DNA of 63,281 nucleotides, the filler included, from Choristocarpus tenellus KU-1152 (taxonomy: Eukaryota > Protista > Phaeophyceae): NCBI GenBank assembly GCA_964200185.2. It is 11 parts of 11 records of this genome, joined end to end, with 100 filler letters (N's around TTAATTAATTAA, not from the genome) between each part and the next. Parts side by side here need not be neighbours in the genome. Positions count along the whole stretch, not along the records: positions 1 to 10,427 come from CAXNAD020002940.1; positions 10,528 to 14,890 come from CAXNAD020014908.1; 9 more parts are not named here. One strand, written 5' to 3'. A program made the translations under genes and the position numbers. Position 1 is the stretch's first letter, and the number at the start of each line of letters is the position of its first letter. The notes under the pieces are model-generated. The model saw nothing but the letters and a program-made list of their open reading frames with translations, had not been told where the DNA came from and searched no databases. Positions 1 to 10,990 of the stretch are shown piece after piece.

Positions 1-1066
1 GGGGGGGCGGGAAAGATGATCGCGCATTGTAAGTTTTGTGACCAGTTCCAAAATAAATAGTAGCAGCCTGGAGGCTAGCTCAGGAGCGGTGTCCTTTAGG
101 CTCTTTTTCTGGCCTCAAGTTGTAGGTGTATTTTACTGACCACTAGACAGTTGTCCAGCTTGGAAGTTGGAGATCTGTGTTCAGCCAAAATATTTGTGTC
201 CCTAGTAAGTCTCAACATGTGTCCACTTTTACTTGGTATGTATGTGTATTTTCCGTTGGAGGCAAGGGAGGTTGAGGGAGTAGAGAGACACAGCATAGCC
301 GATTGAAATTTAACCATAATGAATGCCTTGAGATAATGGCCCAAATAGAGGTAGTGAGTAATCAAAGCAGGGGGATGGAGAGATGTATTTGAAGGAGGGG
401 TGGGGGGGGCTTGATGCCGCCAGACTTACTACCCATTAATTAGGTCATGTGTTCCCATTGACTATCCAGTCCCAATGTCCACGTTCTTTTTTCAATTTTG
501 GTCCTGAGGAGGAGAGATGACTACACTAGCAACACTACCGAGTATTGTATGCCTGAGTAGCTGTCTTTGTCAACCCCTCTTTTTGCATTTCATTTTCCTT
601 TTATGTTGATACCATTGCCATCCTGCTTCACACCTGTTTGGTAACCATTGCCCGCATTATACTCTGAGAATCAATATTCAAAGTTGGTTGAATGTAACTG
701 TAACTGTAACTGAGAGGGGGGTATGTTTTGGTCCTTTTGAGTTTCTAGGGGGGTTGTCAATATTTAAGAAAAGAAAGTGAAGTTATCTGGAAAGGAATGT
801 GAAATAGGGATACTTGCCTCTACAAACTGAATGCCCCCATAAATCCAAACAACCAAGATACACTCACTCCACAGCTATAGACTGTATAATGCCATTGGAA
901 GGAAGGTCATAGTAACCCAAAATATTCAGTGACACCCCCTCTCAATTACTTTGAACTCCCAAGTTTCCTCCCCCGTCTCCCTTGCCTTCTTTTGCCTGGT
1001 TGTGCCCCCTCCCCTCTAACCCTGTATCTCTGTACGACTTCTCAATAATACCTTACTCTGTCACAG

Positions 1067-2857
1067 GTGGAGTCACATGCTTATCTGAGGGAGAAATTGG
1101 CTCACTGGGGACCTGGAGCGGGCATGGAGGTGAGCAGAGGAATAGAGGGAGGGGATGGGCAGCAAGCAACCACTGCTGCACTGGTGGGGATTATCATGGG
1201 TAGTGACTCAGACCTCCCAACTATGAAGGCGGCGGCTGATATACTGGAGGAGTTTGGTGTACCTCATGAGGTTACCATTGTGTCTGCACACCGAACTCCC
1301 GAAAGGATGTTTACCTATGCAAGGGTGAGTTGGCTTGGGTTGGGTCTGGTTGATATCATTTTTAAAGGTATAGGATTTGAGTGTACAGGCCAAACAGGTG
1401 CAGTGGACTATACATTCATTAAGTACGGAATTGATGAGAAGACAGTTTTCCCACCAGTAGGAAAGACAATGTGTTAAACGCATAGTGAAACGGTGCAATG
1501 GTAAGACTGTTAAAATTAAAATTGTGAGCTTCTCATCAAGGAGGTGTAGTGTGAAGGAGGCTGGCTTGTTTAGGGACTATTGTTTGTAGGGACGATGAAG
1601 TGGTATGATGGGTACCACTTGAGGTATATAGTACACACCATTGGAGTCTGTACGTTATGTCCCGAGTGATTCCTCTAATTCTCATACTATTCTATCAATA
1701 TATATATACATATATATACACTTCCTTCACTAGAACATAACCTAAATTTCACAGTTATATTTCTTTTGTGGGTTTACAACTAAATCACCTTCACTGCCAT
1801 GAGGCAAGTGCCTCAGTGTTTTTAAGGGTATGACATGGAGATACATAATTAGAGGCCGGAGCACTGTCCTGCTTATAATCTATGGGCCGTCTCATTACCC
1901 CTACTAGTCCCAGTGTACTCCCTGAGCGGTCATCTCAATCTTGTATTTCACATTCCACCCCAACCCACGAACAAACCTCACCCTATCCCTTCTATATTAC
2001 CAGTGTAGAAAGCCAAGGAAGCGGATAATCGAGCAAAGTTCTTAACTGGTCATTCAATCTACAACCTCTAATTTTGATGAGATATTGGATAAGGCATTGA
2101 GATACCCCTGTTACTGAGTTGACAGTCCAGCACACCTTGGTAGTAGAGCGGTATCTAAATATCTCAACACTGACATGAAGATATTCATCTCAAGGTCTAT
2201 GCCTGATCCTACTATCAGCCTCAATGTCTCTGCCCCCTGTTTTCTGGACCCAAAGCAATCCATACCCAAAAGCATCCTCAGTCTATGCAACACCGGAGCA
2301 GAGTCAAGGTGTCTTAAAAGTGTACAGCACAGATCTCTGCATTTTTCACTGTACTTGTGTTAATCTAGAGCAAAGGTCGTCTATCATATATCCCCCCTAC
2401 AGCATTGCAAGGCACGCTCTTACCCTCCTTCCTGTTCCCTCTGCACGCCTTTTGAATGTAGAAAGCCCGTGGTCGAGGACTCCGGGTCATTGTGGCTGGA
2501 GCAGGAGGAGCTGCTCACCTCCCTGGTATGGTCGCCGCACTGACTCCTCTGCCAGTGGTAGGTGTGCCAGTGAAAACCTCTACTCTCAGTGGGGTGGATT
2601 CTCTTCACTCCATAGTGCAGATGCCTCGAGGGGTCCCCGTGGCAACTGTGGCTATTGGTAACGCCACTAATGCTGGCTTGCTTGCAGTGCGGATGCTTGC
2701 TGGTTGTGGTGCTTGTGAAGGTCTGCTTGATGCGGTGGAGGCCTACATGCATCGGTTGGATTTGGAGGTACAGGGAAAGGCAGAAGAGATGGAGAAAGAG
2801 GGTTGGAAGTCTTACCTGGATAAGAAGGAGAACAAGAGCACCACCGTGGGCATTTAA
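1067..2857 (+). CDS. ADE2: Phosphoribosylaminoimidazole (AIR) carboxylase, PurE domain; last two exons of a 5'-truncated, probably PurK-PurE (ADE2-type) gene
   Basis: Exon 1067-1324 (acceptor tcacag, donor gtgagt) joins in phase 0 to exon 2462-2857 (acceptor tgtag, stop TAA). The joined peptide has the PurE motifs [75 protein letters not shown]. The first exon begins at an acceptor rather than an ATG, so upstream exons lie off the contig. Confidence 0.93.
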
Positions 2858-5026
2858 GATTATTTGAGGTTTACTTCAAGCTTGGAATGGAAGGCGGTCT
2901 TCTTTGGCCTTTTCTTTGCTTGTAAGTTTCCTCTCGAGGACCGTTTTTTTTTGTCCACGTGGGATATCAGAGTATATTTCAGAGAGTGTAGGAGACTGAA
3001 CCTTCCGATATAATTAAAAGTGTAGTGTTCGATGCTGCTTCTCATTCAGCAAGAGCTTGTAGAAAACCTGCACCCAACCTGCATGGTGTGTAAGGGGAGA
3101 CTCGAAGTAATGTCCTGGCGATTTGAAAGGCGGAGAACCCTCTGTGTAGGGGATATTTGTCGGTACAATTGGAGGTGATGACTTCAGATTTCCTTGATTA
3201 TCTGAGCATAGCATGGGAAATAGCAAAATGTGGCTGAGCTCCTGGGTGGGTACTTGCACTTTGTGTGTACCACATTCAAGAGGGTTCAAAAAGTGCTTGT
3301 CCTCCTAATATACCATGTAGGTTGGCAAGGGATGCATATGTACTCAAGCACCTCTCTGCTTGGAAGCACTGAACGATTGGGTGCTGTAGAAACATACTTC
3401 AGTCTGCTCAATAGTGCCACACAATTGAAAGGAGAGTATGAATGCTATGAAGAAACACTGCAAGACACTCCAAGGCTGGGGCAGGTGTGGAGCTCACTCA
3501 GGGTTCACCTACATTTTGGTTGGACATCAATCAGTATGACCTGCCATATAGCCACTTGTGATGTACTGAGCTAGGATTAAATTGCACAGTACACCACTCA
3601 CTCTACTCAAGAAGTGTTAAGTGTACCTGCAGAACACACTTCCTTGCTATGAATACAGTGTAGTGTGGTGGATCTCCCAAGTAGAAGAGTAAAATGCCTT
3701 CAACTCACATTAGGGACTCTCGTGTTTCTTAGACACAGTGGGACTGTAAATCGTTTTCATCAGGTCGAATCCATACAAGTTTGTGATGTATCTGACGGTG
3801 TAAAATGTTACTGGTGATAGATCTAGATAATAGTTGGAAGTGAAGGAGTTTAAATAGAAATGATTTTCTCAGAATCTCAAAGGGGGGGGCATATGGCATT
3901 GTCGGGGAAAAATCAGCATTCCAAACATACAACCTGGTCAAGAAATGACATTTTTTTGTTAAATCTTTCCTAGAAAAAATTCTTTTTGGTAATAAAATAA
4001 ATGTGTACTGCCTGTCCTTCCCGCCCGACAACAATACGTTCAATCACGTTTTTGTAGAGGTGTGGTCAACAGTATGGGACAGGACCTGGAGGGCATGAGG
4101 GAAGGAACAAGGTCGAAATTTACAACCTCAACGCAAATAAATAATACGATCGACTGTGCCATTTATGTATTCAATATCTAAGTTATTCAGTTCATTAGCA
4201 AAGTTTGATACAGCCTCTGTATTGCGTTTGTTTGTACATAGCAAACTTGCTAATCGTCGGAATGCATGCAAGACCGTCACAACCTACATGATTGAGTTTT
4301 ACCTTGGATAGTGGTAGTTTTACTTCATAGATCTAGAAAAATGCTTTATTATTCCTTGATATATAATTAACTATGATGAGATTTATTCATGGAGTAGCCC
4401 AATTTCTCCTTTTCTATCAGCCGTAAGAACATTGACGAACCTGGAAGTAAAGTTAATCATAAGATTACGCCCTCCAGCTTGTATTCCAAAAAAAGCTTTT
4501 ATACCTTCTACCATATTTGCCGTCATCGTTAGACCATCCAATTACATTTTGGTTTGTTTGAAACAAGATTGAACAGTCAATTTTGGGTCAAGCCCATCCT
4601 CAATTTTTGAAATCGGCTGGTATTGGTCAAAATATAAGTTAAAAAAAAAAGACTTCTATAACTTTCAGAATTATTGTCAATATCTTGTACAACTAGTGTC
4701 CCTTTCCCATGATTTGTTCCAGCACCAATCGATGCACACACTGACTGGTGAGTTTGCATGAGCGTATCATCCACTGTACTGCAATGGTTGCAAACACACC
4801 AAGACATTTTGATAAATTGTACTCGGACCCCCTCAACTAAACATGCTCACTTTGGGTGACTCATCGTTTGATACATATTTATATATGTGTGTGTACTATG
4901 CGTTTTGTAAGCGTGAAATGCGTAACGGTTCTGTGATGACAGACAGCCTAAATCATTGTAGTAGGTAGTAAGATGCCGTATTCAGATGATACTTGGTACA
5001 GTGTTGGCAGTCACCTCTAGGATCAG

Positions 5027-5340
5027 ACCGATCTTGATTTTTTTTTAAAGGTTGGCCAAACGAGTTAAACGACGATCAGCATATCGAATGAAAGCTCTTG
5101 ATCTAAGCTATAGATTTCCAGTAAGGAATTCTTTCGCAAAATTATTTTGGTAAGGTTAAATTTTAACCGACTGTTTTCGGTACAACCTTGAAAATCTTGC
5201 GGAATGAATTATCACGACAAAAAATGTTTTTGCGAAAGAATTCCTTTGCGTAAATCGATATCCAAGATCCAGACCTCTCATTTGATAGGCTGATCGTCGA
5301 TTAACTCGTTGGTCAACCTTAAAAAAAAAACAAGATTGGT
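5027..5340. repeat. Imperfect fold-back palindrome with arms of about 115 bp, inside the left end of the DNA transposon
   Basis: 5027-5141 (accgatcttgattt...ggaattctttcgcaaaa) aligns to the reverse complement of 5227-5340 (tttttgcgaaagaattcc...caagattggt). Confidence 0.85.
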
Positions 5341-5603
5341 AACCGCAAAAACGGTACGCGGGCGGACCTCGGCTTAATACTGTTGAAGCCACTCACAGGA
5401 CACTGTGACGCACAATGAGCTCCGAGTTGTGCATTGCCCCTCACAGGACACTGTGATGCCCAATGAATTACGAGTTGTCACCTGACAACGTTGTAACGTT
5501 GATGTTGTGGTGCGGTCACTCCCTGATGGATTTGAGTTCGTCCGGTGCCGCTGGGTTCGCTGGGGCAAGGGATATCGGCTGAGGATTTCCATTCGTCCAC
5601 AAG

Positions 5604-5778
5604 GGCTCAAAGTATCTGGAAGGGGGTGACTGTCCATTTGAGGTCAATTTTTCATGTCGCGATTTTTGGGTGATTTGGTTGCATATGTTAGATGGATACT
5701 GTAAATGCACCTTTCCTGATTTTGGTCCAAATGTACACCCTGGTGTAGACCCCCCTCCCCTCCCAGATACTTTGGGTC
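5604..5778. mobile_element. MITE family B (175 bp; terminal inverted repeat ...CAAAGTATCTGG; 4-bp target duplication CAAG)
   Basis: caag|ggctcaaagtatctggaagggg ... cccctcccagatactttgggtc|caag. Partial copies occur at 43427-43482 and 52218-52306. Confidence 0.85.
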
Positions 5779-6038
5779 CAAGGCGAGAAGGGGGAGGTTG
5801 TGGAGTGCTGCAGCTGTACGCTCAAATCAACGAAGGGCAGGCATAGTCGCAACCAGGATGGTGAGCAGGATTTCTTTAGCTCTCTCTCTGTTGAGGGATG
5901 GTAGCATCTCTTGGGGAAACGCAAGGGAGAGGGAGGTCAAGGGTTGCAGCCAGACGTAGGGGACAGCCAGCAACACATCACCTCTCGTAACTCTTCACGA
6001 TCAGTCGGTGCAGGCGCTGACGATTCGGATGATGAACT

Positions 6039-6294
6039 GAGCCAAAGTATCTTAGAGGGTAGAGCCGCGTCCATTTGGGGGTCAAAATCCAATGTTGCGA
6101 TTTTAATGTAATTTCGGCTATAGTGTTTGTTAAGGAGTGTCAATATCCATGTTCCGGCCACACCTTTTCATAACGTAGACATTTTACCTACTCAAAATAT
6201 TTTGGAGTAGGAAAATGTCACAAAAACCCCATGGGAAGCCAAGCTCCAAATGAACAAACAGGAGAAAACCCATACCCTCTAAGATACTTTCATC
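6039..6294. mobile_element. MITE family A (about 255 bp; terminal inverted repeat GAGxxAAAGTATCTTAGAGGGTA)
   Basis: Inverted ends aaagtatcttagagggta / taccctctaagatacttt. The internal sequence is closely similar to 50828-51084 and 63146-63281. Confidence 0.9.
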
Positions 6295-6751
6295 AAGTTC
6301 TTGGTGCAGTGACAAACCACGGAGGTCGTCCTGATGGGTCTGGTCGTCCACAAGGTAGTGTCGGGAAGTTAAGAAGGAAGGAGCTCTTCCGTCAGTTCCG
6401 TGAATCAGTCACGGCGGGTGACATTGTGCCAGCCCTAAGGGCGGCCATGGCACTGTCGAATTGCCGCAAGCAGTGGGAAGAAGAAGAGATGGGACTTCTC
6501 CGAAAGGCACTGGGATTGCAAATGGCGGAGCTGTGACGCCTCCGATCTCGTGGCTATCGGGGATCGGATGCATATGCCAAGGTGAAGCGTGCATGCAGAG
6601 AGCAGTCAGCTGCCAAGGCAAGGGATGCGGCGGCAGCAGAGTGGTGTGTGCAGTCAATCTCTTACCTGGATAAGGTGATTAATGACATTGTGACAGGGAG
6701 CACGGAAGAAGGCAGCCTGTTTTCGGGTGATCTTAGCCACACCAGACAGTC

Positions 6752-8903
6752 ATGCTGATGGTGAAGACCCAAGCTATAAGGATATACTATGTGCTGCTGT
6801 CTTGTGGTAAGGATTACACAGCACAGAGAGCGAATGAAGAGGCAACTGCATTTGTCAAGAACAACAGACGCAGTGGTGACACCATCAGGAGGTGGGAGTC
6901 TGCCTTTTGGGTCAAGGGCAGACTCGACACATCTCAGCAGGGCAAATTTGAGAGGAGATGGATTCTCCAGGAAGAGGACGTTAAGAATCGTTGCCTGGAG
7001 TGGCTACGTGAGAACACGATCAAGAAGAGATCAGCAAATGCCACGCCAGAAGACTTTCGTCAATTTCTAAATAGGGAGGTCTTGCCTGAAGTGAGGGAGA
7101 CATCAATGGTAGGGCAAGACCCCTTTTATGGACTTCGCATCAATTGGAAAGTGAGGGGGGATAGCAAGTATGTCTACTATGTCAGCAACCGGACAGCTCA
7201 GGAGTGGTTAAAAATTGGGCTGCAAGTTCGACGGCCACAAGTCAGGCATCTATTCTGATGGTCACGATCGGGATGATGTCGTGGCCTATCATGACAATGA
7301 ATATGTCCCTGGCTACCCTCCGGCTACGGGACAATGCGAAGGAGTGGATCCGTGCAAGCAGGGAGGAGGCTCAACGGTGGGGCATCAAGGATGAGCTAGT
7401 CGATGGGATTGAGCCGGATGAGGAAGGCCTCCTGTGGTTTAACATCAACCAACATTTTCAAAACACACTGGAGGAATTTCCAGAAACACTGCAAGAGAGA
7501 GTGACCAGCAAGACAATATTCCCCAATGAGACGAGTCTATATTCTGAGGTAAGGGCAGTGTTTTTGGAACCGAATTGTTCGTGGTAGTACACTATGTACT
7601 TTGATGATACTCTCTACTCTACTAACTCCGGATTACTCCAGATAAAATACGGAGTACTCCAACTACTCCGGAGTAATTGCTAACAACGCACCGTTTCCCT
7701 CGACACAAACATTGCATCTTCATGATCGCCAGCAAATCACAGGCAAGATTTTGCTTGGCGCTTCCTTGTGCTGACCACGCTGAAACGTAAATCTGAGGGA
7801 GCTGGGGTAATGGTGTCTGGTACAGTGATGGAGGATGATTTCCTGTGCATGATAAAACAACAGGTAGAGGAGGCTTGTAGGATCGGGAGGGAACGCTGTG
7901 TCGTTGATGCCGTAAGAGCAACACGTAGAGAGCTCACTGGTAGGAGGCCAGAAACGTATCGAGACCTGTCAAGATTATGCTTGACCATTTATGAGAATAT
8001 GATTGGAAGTATTATTTTATATACGCACAGAAGATAATGCGGAACATTCGGGATATTTAGGCGGGGTATTTGATCGGAAGAAACCGACGGACTATTAGAG
8101 TCGGAGTGTTTCTGACGGGAAATAGATTCAATGTTAGGATTGGTGAGCCCCACCTAGTGCAGGTATCTCACTCTCTTCTTAACTGTGGTACAAGTGAATA
8201 AACAATAATATAACTAGTTGTGTGGGACAACAGATCGCCAAGGACAGCTTAACATGACCTCAACATGATATACAACGACCAGGACGGTGTGTACTGACTT
8301 TAATACTTTGCTCGAAAGAATCAAGAAGGATACTGGAATACCGCAAAGATGTTGGACCACACTGCACATTTGATGGATTTGTTTGAAGTGATCCTAGAGA
8401 CTCCCAAGGAGTATGTTGGACAGGTTAAGGGGATGAGACAGATTTTGCAAGAGAGAGGTTTCTTTATCCCAGGGATGACCAAGGATGGGAGCAAGGACCG
8501 GAATAAGAGCATGAGCATGGCGTACGTTCTTGGGGAGCAGTCAGGTTTCAGGGTGATAGAATGGAGTCCTCAAATTCTGGCTGAGCGTCTTGGAGGACAT
8601 TGCTTGATCCTTCCAAAGTACCACTGTGAATTGAACCCAATAGAGATGGTCTGGGGGCGGGCGAAGCACTATGTACAAGGCCATCCTGACTACACGTTGC
8701 CTGGAATGAGAGCCAACATTCCTGTCAGTCTTAAGGAGGAAGGGGGGCTGTCCAGAGTAATGGTGGAGGGGTTCTTCAGGATGAGTATTGCTTACCACCT
8801 GATATATTCCAACGAGAGAGGCATGGAGTGCACCAAATTGGACGGGGTGTACAAGACATTTAAGTCTCACAGAAGGCCTACACCTTCAGAATACCTCATT
8901 TGA
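6752..8903 (+). pseudogene. DDE_3-like transposase, frameshifted and interrupted
   Basis: Fragments in different frames: TIRRWESAF (HTH-like), YSDGHDRDDVVAY, NETSLYSE, KSEGAGVMVS, EGYWNTAKML, KGMRQILQERG and LPKYHCELNPIEMVWGRAKHY. The last matches the (F/Y)HCELNxIExxWGxxK third-acidic-residue motif of eukaryotic IS630/Tc1-like transposases. Confidence 0.8.
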
Positions 8904-10364
8904 CTTGGCATGGATTATCTGGTTTAGAGGCCTGAGCCCCCATGAGTGAGTGTTAGCCAGCAGATGACAACATTGCGTAAACGGGAAATAATCGAAAGAG
9001 AATAGAGAGGCAACAACGCCTGTGTTCTCCGGGTGAAGATGGCGTCAAATTCATCCTTAAATGCACGGTTCGAGCGCGGACTACTTGATTTAAGTATGGC
9101 CCTGTATTTCTCACGATTACTGTAAGTTGACCAACCAAGACCCATCAAATAAGGTTAAGCATGCTGATGCAATTACAACAAACCAATTTTCATGAAAAAA
9201 TTGCTGTTAATCAAAAGTTATGGCACGACAAAGTTGATGCAGGAGGGAATGGCCAACACTGTATGGATCGTACAGTCGTACGTGGAGTGTTGATTTCTTA
9301 ACGTAATCATGTGAGCTTTGTAAAAAAAAAGTGCGAAATCAGAGGACTACGTTACCGTTACAAAAACGCTAAAAGTTAGTATGGATCATACAGTTGTACG
9401 TGGAGTGTTGATTTCTAAGTGTATGCTTAGTCCAAGAGAAAGGAAAGGCAGTAACGTGGTCACCTCTTCCTGCTAATCCACACCATCTGGGTGTCTCTGC
9501 TATCTCCTGTATGTATCACCCCTGCAATCTAGAAACCTTCGCCTTAACCAGGACACAAAAAGGCTTCAGCACCTTGTCAGATACATTATTCATGTTATTA
9601 CATTCCTTCGCACCCGATAATATACCTGGAGGACCTTAAACCATCCCCATCCATATCAACTGAGTCATAGAGCATATTCCCTTGTCGCTTCAGCTTAACA
9701 AGATGTCTGCCCTTCAACCAAGTGCCCCCGTTTATGCATGAGTCCATGTTGCGTGCTTTAGTATGCAGATTAAGGAAGAAAGTGACTACCTCCACAGACA
9801 CCTTAGCCTTCGTGTGTATCTTCATATCCTCCACAAAACCTCGAAAAAACCATTGGTTTCAGAGAAAGGGGCAATAATGAGGGAGTGAGGGGAACGTGGC
9901 AGCCCCTCATCACCCATCACCCATTACTCATCACTACTCATCACTACTTATCACCACTCGCCAGAAAAAGCATGCTTGATGCTTGCTACATTGTACTGGA
10001 GTAGGCCTTTTCAAGTTTCAATTTTATTTGTCACCAAATCTGAAGGTTAACCAAAATAAAATATTAAATTTGATTGAATAGGACTAGTCCAGAGCCACCA
10101 AGGAGTATAAACGGACCAGGCCACAGAACGGGGGGAAAAAATAGGTGTTAAAAGGGCCGGACTGGGGCCATCGAGGTCGCAAACTAAATCGGGCCACTCA
10201 TCGGTCCAACTATTATATGTGGTTGTGAGGACCGGACCGGAGTGGTCTACATTATGAATGGGACCGGGCCACAGGGGCCGACCAGTCGATCTGGTTAACT
10301 GTCCGTCCGTTTCAAACCTCTGCGAAGTTCTGAGGTCCTCCAGAAATATACAACTCTATATCTA

Positions 10365-10427
10365 GGGCCGAAGTATCTGGGGGGTGGGGGTGGTTTGTGA
10401 GGGGGCGTCCGAACCTAAACGGACGCC
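10365..10427. mobile_element. MITE family B-related end, cut by contig end
   Basis: Begins gggccgaagtatctggggg, the same terminal motif as family B. It shares tggtttgtga.ggggcgtccg with 10528-10686. Confidence 0.65.
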
Positions 10428-10527
10428 NNNNNNNNNNNNNNNNNNNNNNNNNNNNNNNNNNNNNNNNNNNNTTAATTAATTAANNNNNNNNNNNNNNNNN
10501 NNNNNNNNNNNNNNNNNNNNNNNNNNN
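10428..10527. other. Artificial contig linker (N44-TTAATTAATTAA-N44); identical linkers at 14891, 17849, 21380, 24858, 43483, 49255, 52307, 57473 and 60470
   Basis: Identical 100-bp blocks whose 12-mer places stop codons in all six frames. Confidence 0.99.
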
Positions 10528-10686
10528 GGAGTTGGTTTGTGATGGGGCGTCCGTTTCGGTCAAACAACTCTTTTTTTTTCTTACATTTCAAATCCGACAC
10601 GTGCGACCAAATTACACCAAAAAAGTGAAAATCGAGAAAAGGGTGAAAAACGGACGCCGACACCCCTCCTCCAGATACTTTTATCC
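10528..10686. mobile_element. MITE family B-related element, left end cut by contig start
   Basis: Ends cccctcctccagatacttttatcc and contains an internal inverted ggcgtccgttt / aaacggacgcc pair. Confidence 0.65.
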
Positions 10687-10755
10687 GGACACTTGATGAA
10701 GTAAGAGTAGTATTCACTTCAAACGAAAAAAACGTATTGTTTTTGGAAATGCCAA

Positions 10756-10990
10756 TTGGTCAATGCTTTGATCAGCAAGTTATATGTCTCAACAAAGCTC
10801 TCACAGCATTCAATTTCCCCCAAATATGTTGATTCAATTTTTTTAGGGTCATCCAATGTTCTGGAAAACCTTTTCGGTAGAACTCTGAAAATGGTCCATT
10901 CAAAGGCTGAGGTCAATACAGGAAGATTGAAACGGATTTCTTTGTGTATGCGGGAAACTGAGATCATCTTCTCTTATGCGATATATTACG
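10756..10990 (+). pseudogene. hAT transposase C-terminal dimerisation-domain relic
   Basis: SPKYVDSIFLGSSNVLENLFGRTLKMV resembles the hAT (T/S)SNxxERLFS motif. Confidence 0.45.

Larger units (their letters stand above)
4999..9261 (+). mobile_element. Full-length IS630/Tc1/mariner-superfamily DNA transposon (degenerate, with nested MITEs)
   Basis: Ends are TA|CAGTGTTGGC (4999-5008) and GCCAACACTG|TA (9252-9261): a 10-bp perfect terminal inverted repeat flanked by TA dinucleotides, enclosing DDE transposase fragments. Confidence 0.75.

Noticed and set aside
96-3720. LINE-like endonuclease/RT traces at 96-365, 2000-2400 and 3014-3700 (minus strand)
   Set aside because: The resemblance is too decayed to delimit or classify by eye.
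5911-6111. Shared peptide SQxILEGRAASIWGxKSNVAIxM in ORFs at 5911 and 50361 as a conserved protein domain
   Set aside because: Both are read-through into MITE family A DNA.
10428-10527. Recurring TTAATTAATTAA within N runs as a biological repeat
   Set aside because: It is an identical 100-bp artificial joiner with six-frame stops. ORFs ending in XXXLIN are artefacts.
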